Of a stretch of DNA of 64,000 bases, positions 34,342-48,328 are shown piece after piece. The stretch comes from Octopus sinensis (lineage: Eukaryota), in NCBI RefSeq assembly GCF_006345805.1, contig NW_021834470.1:1007-65006 (forward strand), in the 5' to 3' direction. The translations under genes were made by a program, and so were the position numbers. How positions within the stretch are numbered: position 1 is the first letter of the stretch; every line of letters begins with the position of its first letter. The notes beneath the pieces are model-generated. The model searched no databases and was not told the origin of the DNA. It saw only the letters and a program-made list of their open reading frames with translations.

Positions 34342-34494
34342 TAGAGATACAAATGATTTATTAATAAATTTGCCAATATTATAATGTTTTGGTACAGACT
34401 GTATTCGAAATATCTTTCTAAATACCCATCGCTTATCAAGAATTTTTTCGCTGATAAGCACACGTCATTATCAATACTCCTTGGAGATTTGAAC

Positions 34495-34940
34495 CAGATA
34501 TTTTAATGGAAATTGAATCTAATAATTCACTATTTCAAGAGCGTATTATTTTTGAAAAATGTTGATTTTAAAGAAGATTCCTGCAAAATTCGAGACTACT
34601 AGGCTTACGAATTTCAAGAAACGACATTTTCAAAATAATGAAGTTATCTAAGCTACCAATTACTACTCCATTTCACCACGCATTATTATTGGATTGCCCG
34701 GCAACATCGTGTGAGTAAAAAGATCATTTTCTATTCTTCACAAAATTTTAACCAAAGATAGAAATTTCTTACCTGAAAATGTTAAATATTATTAATGTTG
34801 TGCTTTAATAAATAATATTTCTGTTTCTTAGGGCAACTTTTTATGCATATTATGTCAACTTTTTTTATTTTTTAAAGCAATTTTAGTTGACTTTTAAGGT
34901 CAATTTTTTACATTTTTAAGATCAACTTCCGGTTGCCCTA
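34495..34940 (+). mobile_element. hAT 3' end (mirror of 28822-29270)
   Basis: Mirror copy; begins immediately after the APE GDLN codons. Confidence 0.7.
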
Positions 34941-37304
34941 ATAATAACTGAAGTAATATGTGAGGAAAACGAAGATCTAGTCAAAAGTTGCGAATTTTAT
35001 AATGGAATTGGCATAGAGGACAAAATAACCATATTAGAAACGTATGAAATGGTTGATATGATGGAAGATGAAGTATTATCTCCATGTCAACATTTGGAAG
35101 ATGGGTTAAAATGGATTCATTCTCAAGATTCAATCATCCGATCTTACTACGATAACTACAACTATAACAATAAAATACTAAAGAATCAAAATAGTATGTG
35201 AAATAGAAAATTTTTTAATTGAAAAACCCTATTAATAGAGATTAATTAATTGATAAAGTGAAAACAATTTGCTTGTAAAATAAATTTTATCCAAGATATT
35301 TTACAGCAATCAATTTAATTAATCTTCAAACAATCAAAAAACCAAAAATATTGTAAAAATAAAACATTGATAGCAAGAAACGATCAAATAAAAAATAAAA
35401 ACATAAATGCACACACAGCATAAAAATATGACGTGCATAACACGTAAATAACTTATCTTATTTAATTTGATAATTAAAAATAATTAGAAAATAATTAAAT
35501 AACATTTAATATCGTCAGTCTATTTGACTTTAGCAAACAAAGTGAATTCAACCGGTTAACATTAATGAGACGTCCAGTGTACGAGCATACCAACTCCTTT
35601 TTTGGCGATAAGGCCAATCAAAAGTTCAAAAATTATGTCACCTGTTTTCTGATCAAAGTCAGGATAAGTATTCTTCGGACCAGTCAATAAAAATTGATTT
35701 AAACTTTTTTAATTTATCGGAGATAAACAAACTAGTCTTCTCAGCTTTATAAGATTTAAACGATTATTAAATTCCAGTTTCGGGAACATTGTTAAAAAAA
35801 TATTATTTTAAAAATTACCCAAGGACTCGACTTAAACTCATTTAAAGCATCGAATATATGGTTGGACCGTTTTGAAAAAAGTATGAACTATAATTCAAAA
35901 CTATTCATGGAGAGGAAAAAAGTCGTCTGAATGGTCATTGCTCTTTTTTTGACCAGTATTATTATTATCTCGAACTTATGGACTTAAGAACGTGTTTAAT
36001 TGTAACAAAATGGCACTGTATTTCAAACTTCTTTCATCGAAATCATTTGTTAGGTCTATAGTTATACATTTCGTGGAATCAAGAAAGTGAAAGTTAAAAA
36101 TGGTTGTTTTATTTTGTTGTAATTTCGTGAATGAAAAAATGTTTCCTTTATTAATTGGGAAATATAAATTTCCAAGGTTTTTGAAAAATTTTAATCTGGA
36201 AGATAATGAAGTTATTAATGCATCTTCAAAAAATTCATCAATTTTTTCATAATAGGCATTATGGATCTTTTGAAATCTTCAGCATAATGCTTTTTCAGTC
36301 ATTAAAAAAGTCCATATTTACCCGCTATAAAGGATGAGAAGCTCGCAACAGATTTTTTCCTGCATTAGTATTTTTATTTGATTTACTATGTGGTTAACTT
36401 GTAATTAGGATATGAATAATACTGCAAAAAAATGATGAGAAAGAAATGAAATCTACATAGAATACACTTTAAACAATTTTATTATTATATAGATATCTAT
36501 TTTGTAATCACTGAATTTAAGCATGATAAGTTGCAACATGCTTTAAAGAAAACTACACAACAATCTTTGTAAACCGATGACGACAGACCATGTTTGAATA
36601 AGAGTCAAAAATAAGAGAGCGTGGGTATAGACGAGGATGACTCTAAGCATGCGAAACCATTCTAAGGGGGATGCAAATGAGCTTTTAAGTAACTAATTAA
36701 ATTTTTAATCTACTTACTATTTTTGTGAGTTTTTCGAGCAGAGGTTTCTGAAGTAATTAGACATTATCCTTTCTGACAATCGAAATGATGCTGGAGACTA
36801 AGCCACCAATCACTCCAATAATATCGGGATATTTTTAGTATTTATTTTAAGTATTAAATTTTAGATTCTAGTTGTTATCGACTCAATTTTAAGTTGCATT
36901 GGTTAAAGTTGCAACTTCTAAAAACTCCGAAGTCTTACTTATAATTAATTCCGATAATGGAAAAAAGTTTAAAACTCAAAATAGTTAAGTTTTGTGGTAG
37001 AGTTGAATGAATTTTTCTGTTTCCGTTAATGACATCATGGAAACATGCTTTCAATACTAATGGCCTATCCATAAAGCCGTTCTACAAGAGGCCTTTTGAG
37101 GCAGAGCACGTACGGTACAGCTACTGATTATAAATGCCGGATTGTTATTAGAACATTAAGACGAACTAGACAGGCTTAGAAAAAATTGCAATCTCAAGAA
37201 AAACGTAAAGCTATCTAACAAACAAAATCCTCAAGTATCTAGCACAATCGACGAGAAGATTATGACTTTTTTGTCGCGGATGTGCTATTAATAATAATCA
37301 GTCA

Positions 37305-38040
37305 ATTATAAGAACATTGGAATAAATGAGATTATATAATAAATTGCGTAATTTATTATGCAAATTGCGGAGGTTGCTAGATCTGAGATATGGGGGTACT
37401 TGAGAATATAATGAATTGCCTAATATACTATACAATTTGGAACGAGCTTAAGATGTGAGGACATGAGAGTACTTCAGATTTTGTAATGAATTGAGTAATA
37501 TATTATACAAATGGGAGAGGTCCCTAGATTTGACAAAAGGGGGTACTTGAGATTATATAATGAATTGCTTAATATATTATGCAATTTAGAATCGTTCGTA
37601 GATTTGAGGACATTGGAGTACTTGAGATTATATAATGAATTGCTTAATATATTATGAAATTGGCGGAGGTCTCTAGATTTGAGGACATTGGGGTACTTGA
37701 GATTTTATAATGAATTGCGTAATATATTATGCAATTTACGGTGGTTTCTAGTTTTGAAGACATTGGAGTACTTGAGATTTTATAATGAATTGCTTAATAT
37801 ATTATGCAATTTAGAATCGACTGTAGATTTGAGGACAAGCGAGTACTTGAGATTATATAATGAATTGCTTAATAAATTATGCAATTGGAGGAGGTCTCTA
37901 GATTTGAGGACATGGGAATACTTGAAATTATATAATGAATTGTGTAATATATTATCCAATTTAAAAAGGTCCCTACATGTGAGGATATGGGATAACTTGA
38001 GATTATGTAATAAATTGTCTAATTTTATATAATCTGGGAG
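37305..38040 (+). repeat. 75-bp LRR-like tandem repeat (mirror of 25720-26455)
   Basis: ORF 37679-38032 covers about 4.5 units; an in-frame TGA in the preceding unit is present in both arms. Confidence 0.85.
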
Positions 38041-38295
38041 TACTTGTCTAATTGTCTAAATTTAAAAGAAAAAATGCTATTATTGAATACTGCAAAAAAC
38101 AAACATGTAAAATATACAACAGTTTCCGAAATATTTTTTTTGCTAGTCAAAAAGAAAATCAACCGTTGATTTATTAAAAATTATCTTAATAATAAAGCAG
38201 AACTAAAAAAGCTTTTGCTTTAAATGGAAATTTGAATTTTATATCACCAAATATGAAATTTAAAACTATTGACTCTAAGTTAAAGGAATTAGTCG

Positions 38296-39490
38296 ATGAT
38301 TGAAGCTTTAATAATGACACAATCTTCAAGGAAAAACCAAACTATTAACTACCTCTCATTTATGGACGATATAAAGCTGTTTTTGCATCATAATGACGTA
38401 ATGGAAATGATGATAGGAAAAGTAAAATTGTTTTATGACCCATCTGGGTTGGAAAGAAACGCTGAAAAATTTGCGACGAATGTCAAGTCTTTGTCTATGA
38501 AAGCTTGCTTACTCGATGGGTTGGATGGATACCGATCTCTGAGGGTTCTCAAAGATAAAATAGCAACGTTCTAAAAATAATGTTATGGGGAAAATCTATG
38601 AAGAAGCATCGAAGAGAATTAAAAACTTGATCCAAACTTAATTAAACTCAGTAAACTTGTCCAAGAATATAAACGAACACGCTTTCCCTTTATAACTATT
38701 ACATTGGACCGATTGATATTGAGTCCGGAAAGTTTGAGGACATTGATAGAAATATTTGTCGAATTCTTATGGACTGCCATATCCACTTGAAACCGGCAAA
38801 CAAAAAAAGACTATCTTGCAAGAAAGGAATTTGGGAGAGACCGAAAGTCAGTTAATATAAAGCAGAGAGTATGCTTCTTCAATTTTATGGTGATTTGAAA
38901 TATAAGGAGAACTACTGCGTAGGAAGAGCAAGAATTCTGTCATTAATCTAAGAAAACACATATGGCGAGAATTTTTATCACGAGAATACAATAAAAATGT
39001 AAATGAATTAACAATATCTGATATGGTACAAATTCAACGTGAATATTTAATAAAAAAATCGAAAAGAAGAAGTTGATGTTAATGAAGCCTGCGGCAGGAG
39101 CCTTGCTAGCCCCAGAGTGTTTAAGAATCGGAATCTCTTTTCGAGTTGGCTTGGACATTTGCCAGCCTCACCAATGCCGTACAAGAGCAGAAAAGCGATC
39201 GTCTGTGACACGATGCTCTGACACTTTTGCGTCATCATGCCTTTTTGCGTCCTCGATCAAAGCCGTCAGAGCGGCGACAAAAGCAAAGGTTCGCAAAACC
39301 TAGAAATACGGATTCCTCTCTGACAAATTCATCTTCAAACCAGGCACGCTAGGATCATCAACTCTTCGTTTCCTCACCGAGAGAGGTCGCAACCTTGGAA
39401 GAATTAGAAACGACTTCCGCGAGCTCAATCGGCTCTTTGAAAATGTCTCAATTGCTGTTCTTGGGGAAAATTTCTCTCTGTGGGTAGTCC
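38296..39490 (+). mobile_element. Decayed R4/Dong-like and CRE-like fragments (mirror of 24270-25470)
   Basis: Mirror ORFs 38296-38574 and 39073-39303. Confidence 0.7.
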
Positions 39491-39557
39491 CTGATTGCCT
39501 TTTGTTTCATTGACAAAATTATTTTCATGTGGTATTCTTGTTAAATAAATTTAAATA

Positions 39558-40860
39558 CAGTAAAGTCTCTCGAATCCGCCATACCCTCGAATCCGCCAAT
39601 TATAACTAAATTCTCTTATCCGCCATTTTCTTAGAAAAAAATTCTCTTATCCGCAATATAACAATCAAAAAATTGAGATTTTGAAGTTTATTAAAACAAA
39701 ATGAATGAATTATCTTCACTAAAATTTCTAAGATTTAAAAAAAATACAACTTGCTGTTTCTCGTTTCTCGCCGATCTATTGATGAGCTTAAAAGTAAAAG
39801 AGGATCTAACATTATGTTTCATAACCTAAGATCTGAAATTTCCTGCAAACAATATTTAAAGTTTGCTGAAATTGATAATAATACTATTGCTTGGATCAAT
39901 TCAATGGATCATAAAGGAGCCATTTTAAATGATAGGATTATTACTGAGAAAGAAAAAGCCTTTTCATTGAATCTCAGGATTACTGAATTCAAAGGAAGCA
40001 AAGGGTGGCTTGTTAAATTTAAAAAGAGGAATGATTTGAAGTTACGTAATATGGATAGAGAATCTGAAATTCCAAATTTTGACCCTAATTTAGTATCAGA
40101 TTTCATTGAATTAATCACAAATAAAATCAGTCTTTACGGAGCTCAAAATGTTTATAATGCCAATGAAACTGGCTTATTTTACAAAATAATACCGTCTTAG
40201 AGTGTTTGTAAAACCATTAAATCTGGCTATAAAGTCCTGAAAGAGAGTTTCAGTCATGTTATGTACAAATGTAGACGGTACAGATAAGAGATACACCCTT
40301 ACTAATTGGGTTGTTTAAAAATCTAAGATGTTTCAAGAATTTTGATATTAAAAAATATGTTATATATTCAAATTCATAGAGAGCATGGATAGATAGCAGA
40401 ATTTTTAATCAATTCTATTAAAATAAAAAATGGAATTGCAAAAACAAGATAGAAAAATTTTACTTGTTGTAGATCAATCTCCTACACATAAAGATGAAAT
40501 TTACATTAGGTATTGATTGAATTTAAACAAATTGAGATGTTATTTCTACCACCTAATAGAACATCTTTTTTACAGCCTATGGATCAGTGTATAATTAAAT
40601 CGTATAAATGCAAATTCAATTCTCTAAATTTTTCTAATATAATTTAAAAAATTGAAGCTGGGACAAACCTCTATGTTGCACACAAACAACTAAGCATAAA
40701 AGATTCAATATTATTCACATATTATGCTTGAAACAAAATAGAAAGTTCCTTAATTTTAAATTGTTTCAATTATGCAAAATGGACTCAAAACAATGAAAAT
40801 CCCTTAATTGAAAATTATGACCATATTCTGGAAGAAAACATATGACTCAGTTGATCATGA
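39558..40860 (+). mobile_element. pogo/Tigger-like transposon (mirror of 22900-24203)
   Basis: TA|cagtaaagtctc at 39558; ORF 39751-40200. Confidence 0.85.
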
Positions 40861-40899
40861 TTTTTTGTTTCACGTTTTGGATTGTTCTGGAATCCTGCA

Positions 40900-42800
40900 T
40901 GGGCAGTAAAGCTGCATATTGACAGTAGAAAAATTGGATCAGTGAAGTTAAATCGAGGAATTTTACAGGGAGACTCATTGTCTCCTTTACTATTTGTTAT
41001 GGTATTAAATCCTTTAAGCAGAATCCTTAAGTCCGTGTTTCAAAAACTTGAAATTAACCAGGAAGATCCCAATATGTTAACATATTCTGCTAATCATTTG
41101 CTATTTATTGACGATCTATTTCATGTTATAAATGAATATGCATTGTCACTATATAATTATTATATTGGGCTAATCAATATTGAACCTTCTGAATTTGATG
41201 ATATTGACAGACAAATACGGCAATTGCTTACGTCACTCAGTCATCATACATCTCAAACCTGCAAATAAAGAGAGACTGTATTTAAACCGGAAGGCTCTTG
41301 GAAGAGGGCTTTCATCAATTATTTTCAAAAGTGAACTAATCGTAATTAACGTTTTTGTATTGTTTTGATTTTTGTTAATATTCTTTTACGTTGTGTCTTC
41401 AGTTCCCTTTTCCTATTTGCTGTCAATGTTTTGAATTTGGACCAATCGAGCTGGCCGAAGTGATCACACACATACTGAACAAAGCAATTAAAGAAAACGG
41501 AAACTTAGATATTGGAAAAGGATTGCTAATTCCACTACCAAAACCCGGGAAACCGAGAGGACCTCCTGGCAACCTGAGGCCGATTATTCTGCTATCGACA
41601 TTGAGAAAGACATTATCGCTAATTATACTGACCCGAATCAAAGACCGAGTAAACAGTTTTCTATCCCATGGACAAAATGGATTCAGGGAGGGAAGATCAA
41701 CAGCTGATGTAATTTGGACATACAGATGGACTGGTGCCCTGTGCTAAAAATATAAAAGTGTATTGAAATTTTTGGGGTAAACATGACTCGGGCCTTCGAC
41801 TCCGTTCACAGAGGGCTCCTTATGGAAGTATTAAAGAGCTGCCTCCATTCAGAAGAAACAAGAATGATAAATCTTCTCCTAGTGAACACCCCAACTCGCC
41901 GTTAAAGTCGGAAAGACGACATCAAGATAATTCGAAACAACACGGGTGTTCCACAAGGAGACTCGCTATCTTCCGTGCTTTTTTGTGTATCTTGAGGCCG
42001 CTCTGAGGGACTTTAAATCAGTTATAAAAAATGATTATTAAGAGACATCCAACGCAGACGACATGGACTTTGAGTCGGACGACAGAGAAATTCTCAAATA
42101 TATATAATATGCTCCCGAAAAAATTCGAAAATGGTTTCTCACTGTGAACACTGAAAAAACCGAATATATATCCTTAAGCCGATCGGAAAGACGCATTGAT
42201 GAATCATGGAGAAGGCACAAAAAGTTGGGAACGCTCCTGGGAGACACAGAGGATGTTACCCGAAGGAAATCCTTTCAAATGGAGCCTTTAGAAAGCTTAT
42301 GTCTCTATGGGGAACTAAAAAGAAGCTAACTGGAAAAACGAAAATAAGGATATACAACTCGTTTGTATTGCCAATCCTTACCTACCACTGTGGAACCTGG
42401 GGACCTACAAAATTGGAAAATCAGAAACTAGACAATTTCCATAGATCTCAATTACGCGCAGCACTCAACATCCGCTATCCGCAGAAGATCACAAACGACA
42501 ACCTATACAAATTATGCAACTCAAAAATTCTTTCGATCGAAATCCTGAAATCACGATGGAGGCTATTTGGCCACATTCTGCAGATGGACGTCGCCTCTCC
42601 TGCTAACATTGCTATGGAAACATATTTCATGCAATGCGGAGACGCATTCCGAGGAAGACCAAGGACACACTTCCATAGGTGCTAAATCAGGATCTCAAAA
42701 TTATTGGGAGGAAACTCGAAACTGCTGATGATCTCGACAACCTGAGAGAATTGCAAAGAGGAGAGGAACCTGGAGAAGGTTGTGTAACAGTATTGTTGTT
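40900..42800 (+). mobile_element. R4/Dong-like RT fragment followed by RTE-like LINE (mirror of 20960-22860)
   Basis: Mirror ORFs 40882-41268, 41391-41747 and 42206-42685. Confidence 0.85.
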
Positions 42801-42859
42801 CACGCGGCACAAGGAAAACTTAATTAGTTTTTATGACTTCTCGGGAGTGCTTTTAATAA

Positions 42860-43960
42860 TAATATGCTTAGGGAGTGCGGGGATTCTGCGTGTAATTAAA
42901 ATGAATAAATGGCATTTGGCTATGATCGCAGGATTTCTATCCTCTAAATATGCAATTATTGATAAGAAGAGTATTACTATTGAGTATTTAGAGTTCAGTC
43001 AGATACAATATTTACAAAGAAAATTAGTTCTAAAGTACTACACTCTGTGCTCTTCAAATGTATGGATGAACCTAATGTTGATTTACCTGCATCCTCATAC
43101 TGGCTATCTATAGAAATAATGGGCCACGAAACGAAGCATTGTATTGTCTTTTGAAAGATCGAAACTTGTTCTTTGCATCCGCTGGCTCATTATGCAATCA
43201 TTGTAAGAAAAGCAAAAAAACTGTTGATCACTTGGCTACTCAGTGTGGTAAAATGCTCACAGTGATTATCTCTCGAGACACAATGAAGTTGTGAAGTGTG
43301 TCCACCTTAACTTGTGCCGAATGTATGGACTTAAAAAGCAAGAAGATTGAAGGGACATTCTGTTCAGTCAACACTGTTGACGGGAAAAGTTGAAATCAGG
43401 ATTGATACAACAATCCTCACCAAAACAAAAGTAGAATACAACAAGCCAGATATTTTTGTCCACGACAAAATCAGAAACGAAATAAATCTAATTGTAGTGG
43501 GTATTACTTCACAGGATCGCCTCAAGCAAGTGAAAATTGAAAAGTGTCACAAGTATGATTACTGGCAAGTGAGCTTTCGCTTCTGTATAGTTGTCAAGTA
43601 AAAATAATTCCTGTGGTTATGACATGGGATGAAGTTGTCTTGAAATGCTTCAAAAATTATATGAAGAAACTATCTATTGAAGTAGGAATGGGGACATACA
43701 TCCAATCCGTTGTACTGAAAAGAACGCTCGAGATTATGATGATCGAACGCAAGCACGGAATGAAGGTATCTGGTGAAGAATACGCTTCTGCTTTCAACCG
43801 GTTTGTGGAGATGGCATGCAATGATGAAGACGACCCAATGAATGCTAAAGAAGATGCAATGGTCAAATCAGATGTGGTAATGGGTAGTAAGAGGCAGCTG
43901 GAAGTAGGCTCTTCTTCCAAGAGAAGGAGAGTGGATATCAGCGACCTGAAGTGAGATCTG
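42860..43960 (+). mobile_element. R4/Dong-like 3' fragment (mirror of 19800-20900)
   Basis: Mirror ORFs 43347-43601 and 43613-43954. Confidence 0.85.
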
Positions 43961-44811
43961 CTTCGTTTCTGATTAACTATTAATTTATTATTGTTCATGT
44001 CGTTAATAGGCTTTATAATTGATCCATTAGAAGAGAGTCTTTACATTGAGACTGTATAACGAAAGTGAAGAACTTGAATTAAATAATTTAGAAAAAATAG
44101 AATAAGAAATTGGCGAAAAATCGTCTGAACAAAGTCAGAAAGTTGTTACTATTAACGAGGGTTTAATCGCTTTAAAAATTAAAAGAGTTATATAATCAAG
44201 AAGAATTCTTTAATATAGAAAATCTTGAGTATATTGAAGACATTAGAAATACGAGTTGATACAACAATTCCAACATTAAAAAAATAAAAAAAAAACAAAA
44301 AAACAAAAAAAAAAATTCCAACAGAGTTGAACGATTTGTCACAAGATTCTTTCCGAAACATTCATTATTTTCTCGGCAACAAGTCTTTAATCATCCCAAA
44401 AGCGTCGGAAATCAAATGCTTTTTTGAGAACAAAAGGATAGTACGGGACCACAAAATTGAGAAAAAATTTTAAAAACAATACATTCTGTATATGTCCATT
44501 AGTCTGAAAAGTACGAAAACATTCCTTTCGCAATCGTCAAAATTGACATTAAAATGACTTCAACTCGATACGACGTGATACACTTCTGGAGGATTGCTTT
44601 AATCTACTACCCATCAGTGTATAGGTATTTCATAGCTCATATTGAAAACCATCCAGTCTGGTGCACGGCCAATATTACATTCCATCGTGTTCTGGATTCC
44701 AAAAGGGAACCCACTGCCTAACCCTAAACACCAATAAATGTGAGGTTATCAATTTAAAGATCAAAATAATATAAATTAATATAATTTAATTCAAAAAGAA
44801 TCAAAATAAAA

Positions 44812-45870
44812 AGGATTTCGGGGATCCGTATTGCCTGCCTGTGCGCTGGGGCGGCCTTGGCTTGAGATCCTATTCCGATCTTGCCCTCCCCACATTCCTA
44901 TCCGCCCACTACGCTTCTCGTACTCTCTCAGACATCGTTCTTAGAAACCTCCCCGAACGGAAATTGTCTGAAGATTACTCTGCTGCCCGTGGTCGGTGGG
45001 AGGCTCGGTTTGGTTCGAAGCTGCCCAATTCTCAATCTGTACAGCGTCAATGGGACGAAATCTCTTGTCAGGCAATTTTCGAAGGCCTCCTTCCTGTCTC
45101 CAATCAACACCGTGTCGCTTGCCTCCGTGCAAGTAGCTGCGAAGGCAGCGGTGTCTGGTTAAAGGCTCTCCCTCTCCCTTCCATCGGGAACCTGGTGGAC
45201 AAGGAATGCCTAAGAATTGCAATCTCCCTCCGTGTCGGGCTGAAAATCTGCCAGACTTACAAATGCCGTTGTGGGGGAACTGTTGACGAGTACGGTTTGC
45301 ATCCCCTCGCTTGCCGGCGGAGTGCCGGTCGTGCCCCCCGTCACAGTGAACTCAACTCGATCATACAGAAAGCCCTCGCTTCAGCTGGCATCCCGTCAAT
45401 CCTTGAACCTGTTGGATTGGATAGAGGGGATGGCAAACGCCCAGACGGCATGTCCACCTTCCCATACGAGCAGGGGAAATCCCTTATTTGGGATTCTACC
45501 TGTTCGGACACGTTCTCGCTGGGAAATCTCGCTCTGTCCGCCGCCAATCCTGGGCACGCTTCGAGGCAGGCCGAGGAGCGAAAGATTCTCAAGTACGGCC
45601 ACCTCTCCAACTCGCTGTTCTTTACTCCAATTGCCGTGGAGTCCTCCGGGATCTTCGGCCCCAAGACACTCCGCTTCCTTCGCTCGCTCGGTCGACGGAT
45701 TTCAAGGACTAGCCACGATCCAAGAGAGTATTCTTGGCTCCTGGAACGTCTGTCGATTGCTGTGATCCGAGGGAACGGCTTCGCCATTCGCGAGGCTGGC
45801 CGGGTGTCTCGTGAGGCCTTTAATTAGCTTAGCTATCTTTTTACTTTTAGATATGGTTATTATATGATAA
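44812..45870 (+). mobile_element. CRE-like retrotransposon with an uninterrupted 328-aa C-terminal frame (mirror of 17890-18950)
   Basis: ORF 44841-45827: WGGLGLRS, SGVWLKALP, CQTYKCRC, GLHPLACRRSAGR, GKRPDG, LIWDSTC and LERLSIAVIRGN. Confidence 0.9.
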
Positions 45871-45989
45871 AAAAATCAAAATAATATAAATTTAATTCAA
45901 AAAGTCAATATTAGTCGAGATTAATTAATTGATAAAATAAATACAAATTTACGTGCAAAATAAACTTTATTCAGGATATTTTAGCAGTA

Positions 45990-47418
45990 CAGTCCAACCT
46001 CGATTTGGAACAGACCTCGGGGCTAGAACACCTCAGTTTTTGGAACACTTTGTAGGATCTCTGCTTATAATAAATAATTCTTTTAAATGAAAACCTCGAT
46101 TTGGAACAAAATTTATTATTTATTTCTAGTCATTAAAAAAATTAATTAATTTGGATTTATCCTGGATTGAAATTAAATAAATAATTCCATTTTTCATCCT
46201 GGGGTCAATTCTCGTTATCGTTCCCCTGCCCGTGAGGCAACGAGTACTTCTGGCACGACACAGTTGGAAATGGGGATCTCTTACTTTCCTTCCGGTCTTA
46301 GCGTGGCGTTATGGGGTCCACCATGTCAGTTGGAAATTTCCATTCGGATATGCCAACGCTCAGGAGGCACTTAATGCCTACCGAAAAAGGACTTTTAGAT
46401 CTCAGATCCTGGGACATCGTCGTCTCAGGCCGATCATGCGGGCAGGATCGAACCTTTCAGTAGGATCTCCCTCGTTTGGATCGGCGATCACGGGGATTAT
46501 TATAATTAACTGGCTTACCCGTCTTTGGTCTTTAATAAATAAATAAATAAGATTAAAAAAAACTTCACGCTAAATCATTATGGGTCTCAGTTACGAGAAA
46601 AAGGTTGAATTGCTCGACAACTAAAAAGTCATTCACACAGAGTACTTGCTCAAAAATATGAAACGAGCATTGGCACAATTGCTCGAATAAAAAAACGATT
46701 ACGCCGCAAATAACCTGTGGGAACATTATTCTAAATTTTCGGACTGAAACAAAAACTGACGATATTTTTAAAACATTGGATAGTAAAGTTCTCGACGTTT
46801 TTCAACAATTACGGCTCCAACATATTCCAGTTTCAGGTCCTCTTATCAAAAAAATTGGTAATTTTACTTTTTCTCGCATTGTTTTAAGGTTTTAAATTAA
46901 TTTACGCCAATCATTGATAATAGTATCGAAATCGTGGCAAAATGTATCCTCCGAAATAATTACAAATTGTTGGGATAATACTTTCGGCAATGAAATATTT
47001 GTTGTTTCTGATAATCTGACGGATGATGTTACAGAACAAGTTGTAGACGAAGTGTTGGAAAATACGGAAAACAGCGATAATGAAGAAATTTTTTACAGTG
47101 GTATGCAAAATAAACAGACTACGGTCAAAGAAGTAATAACAAAAGTGAATGAATTGGAAGAATCAGTTCTAGACATAGCTCCAATTTTGTTAAATGATTT
47201 TTACTGTTTCAGACAAAATTTGTTCAGTAGTTTGAAGAAAAATTATGGTTATGGAAAAAGGATCGATGACTATTTTTCAATAAATAATAATATTTAAGAC
47301 TTTTTTGCATTAATTAAATTATTAAATTTATATTGATATTAATTTTTTGACAAAACCTCAGTTTTTGGAAAAACCTCAGTTTTTGGAACACTTAGTGTTC
47401 CAATTCAAGGTCGGACTG
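45990..47418 (+). mobile_element. pogo/Tigger-like element with (TAAA)n-tailed insert (mirror of 16343-17771)
   Basis: TA|cagtccaacctcg ... caaggtcggactg|TA. Confidence 0.85.
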
Positions 47419-47502
47419 TAGTCAAATTAATTAACCATCAAACGAATAAAAAACGGAAAGATCAACAAATAAATAAATTATGTAAATTCTATCTTAAATT
47501 AT

Positions 47503-48328
47503 TTAAGAATCCAGATCGTCAGTGATTTCTTTTCTTCGCTTGGAAGAAGAGTTTGCAACAAAATTCTCATCATTTTCCATTTCTGCGTCAAAGTAATTGT
47601 TCAACTGAGTGTCCTTACGACATGCCAGCTCCGCAAGTTGATTGGCGGCAGAGGCGTACTCCTCGTTGTCTACCTTCATCCCATGTCTGTGTTCAATAAG
47701 CATACTCTCTAGAGTCCTCTTCAGCACAACCGACTGGATGTATGTCCTCGTTCCTTCTTCAATGGATAACTTGTCCATATGACTTTTAAAGAACTTTGAG
47801 ACAACTCCATCTCATGTCAAGACAATTGGAATAATCTTCACTTTTGCTTCATAGAGAACCGACAGTTCGTTTGCAAGCAGGTCATATTTGTGAAATTTCT
47901 CCACTTCAACTTGCTTTAAACGGTCTTGCGAGGTAACTCCCACTTCGATTAAATGAATTTCTCTTTTCCTCTTGTCATAAACGAAGATTGACACAACTGA
48001 ATGTCCTTTCAATTTCCTGCTTCGTTTTATTCCATACATTCGACACAAGTGGAGATGAATACACTTTACCACTTCGTTGTGTCTTCGGAGATAATCACTG
48101 TTTAGCATCCTACCACACCGCGTAGCTAAATGGTCAACAGTCTGCCTGCTTTTTTTGCAGTGGACGCATAGTGATCCCGTGTATGCAAAGAACAAATTCC
48201 TATCTTGCAAAAGACAGTACAATGCTTCGCTTCGTGGACCATTACCACCTTCCCATACGAGCAGGGGAAATCCCTTATTTGGGATTCTACCTGTTCGGAC
48301 ACGTTCTCGCTGGGAAATCTCGCTCTGT
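47503..48328 (-). mobile_element. CRE/R4 chimeric fragment (mirror of 15435-16260)
   Basis: ORF 47812-48408 reads through the junction in this arm. Confidence 0.85.

Larger units (their letters stand above)
31096..34401. mobile_element. Non-autonomous Tc1-type element A (about 330 bp of its own sequence) hosting two nested Tc1 elements
   Basis: Perfect 25-bp TIRs cagtctgtaccaaaacattataata, TA on both sides, and excision restores the APE reading frame. Confidence 0.85.
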
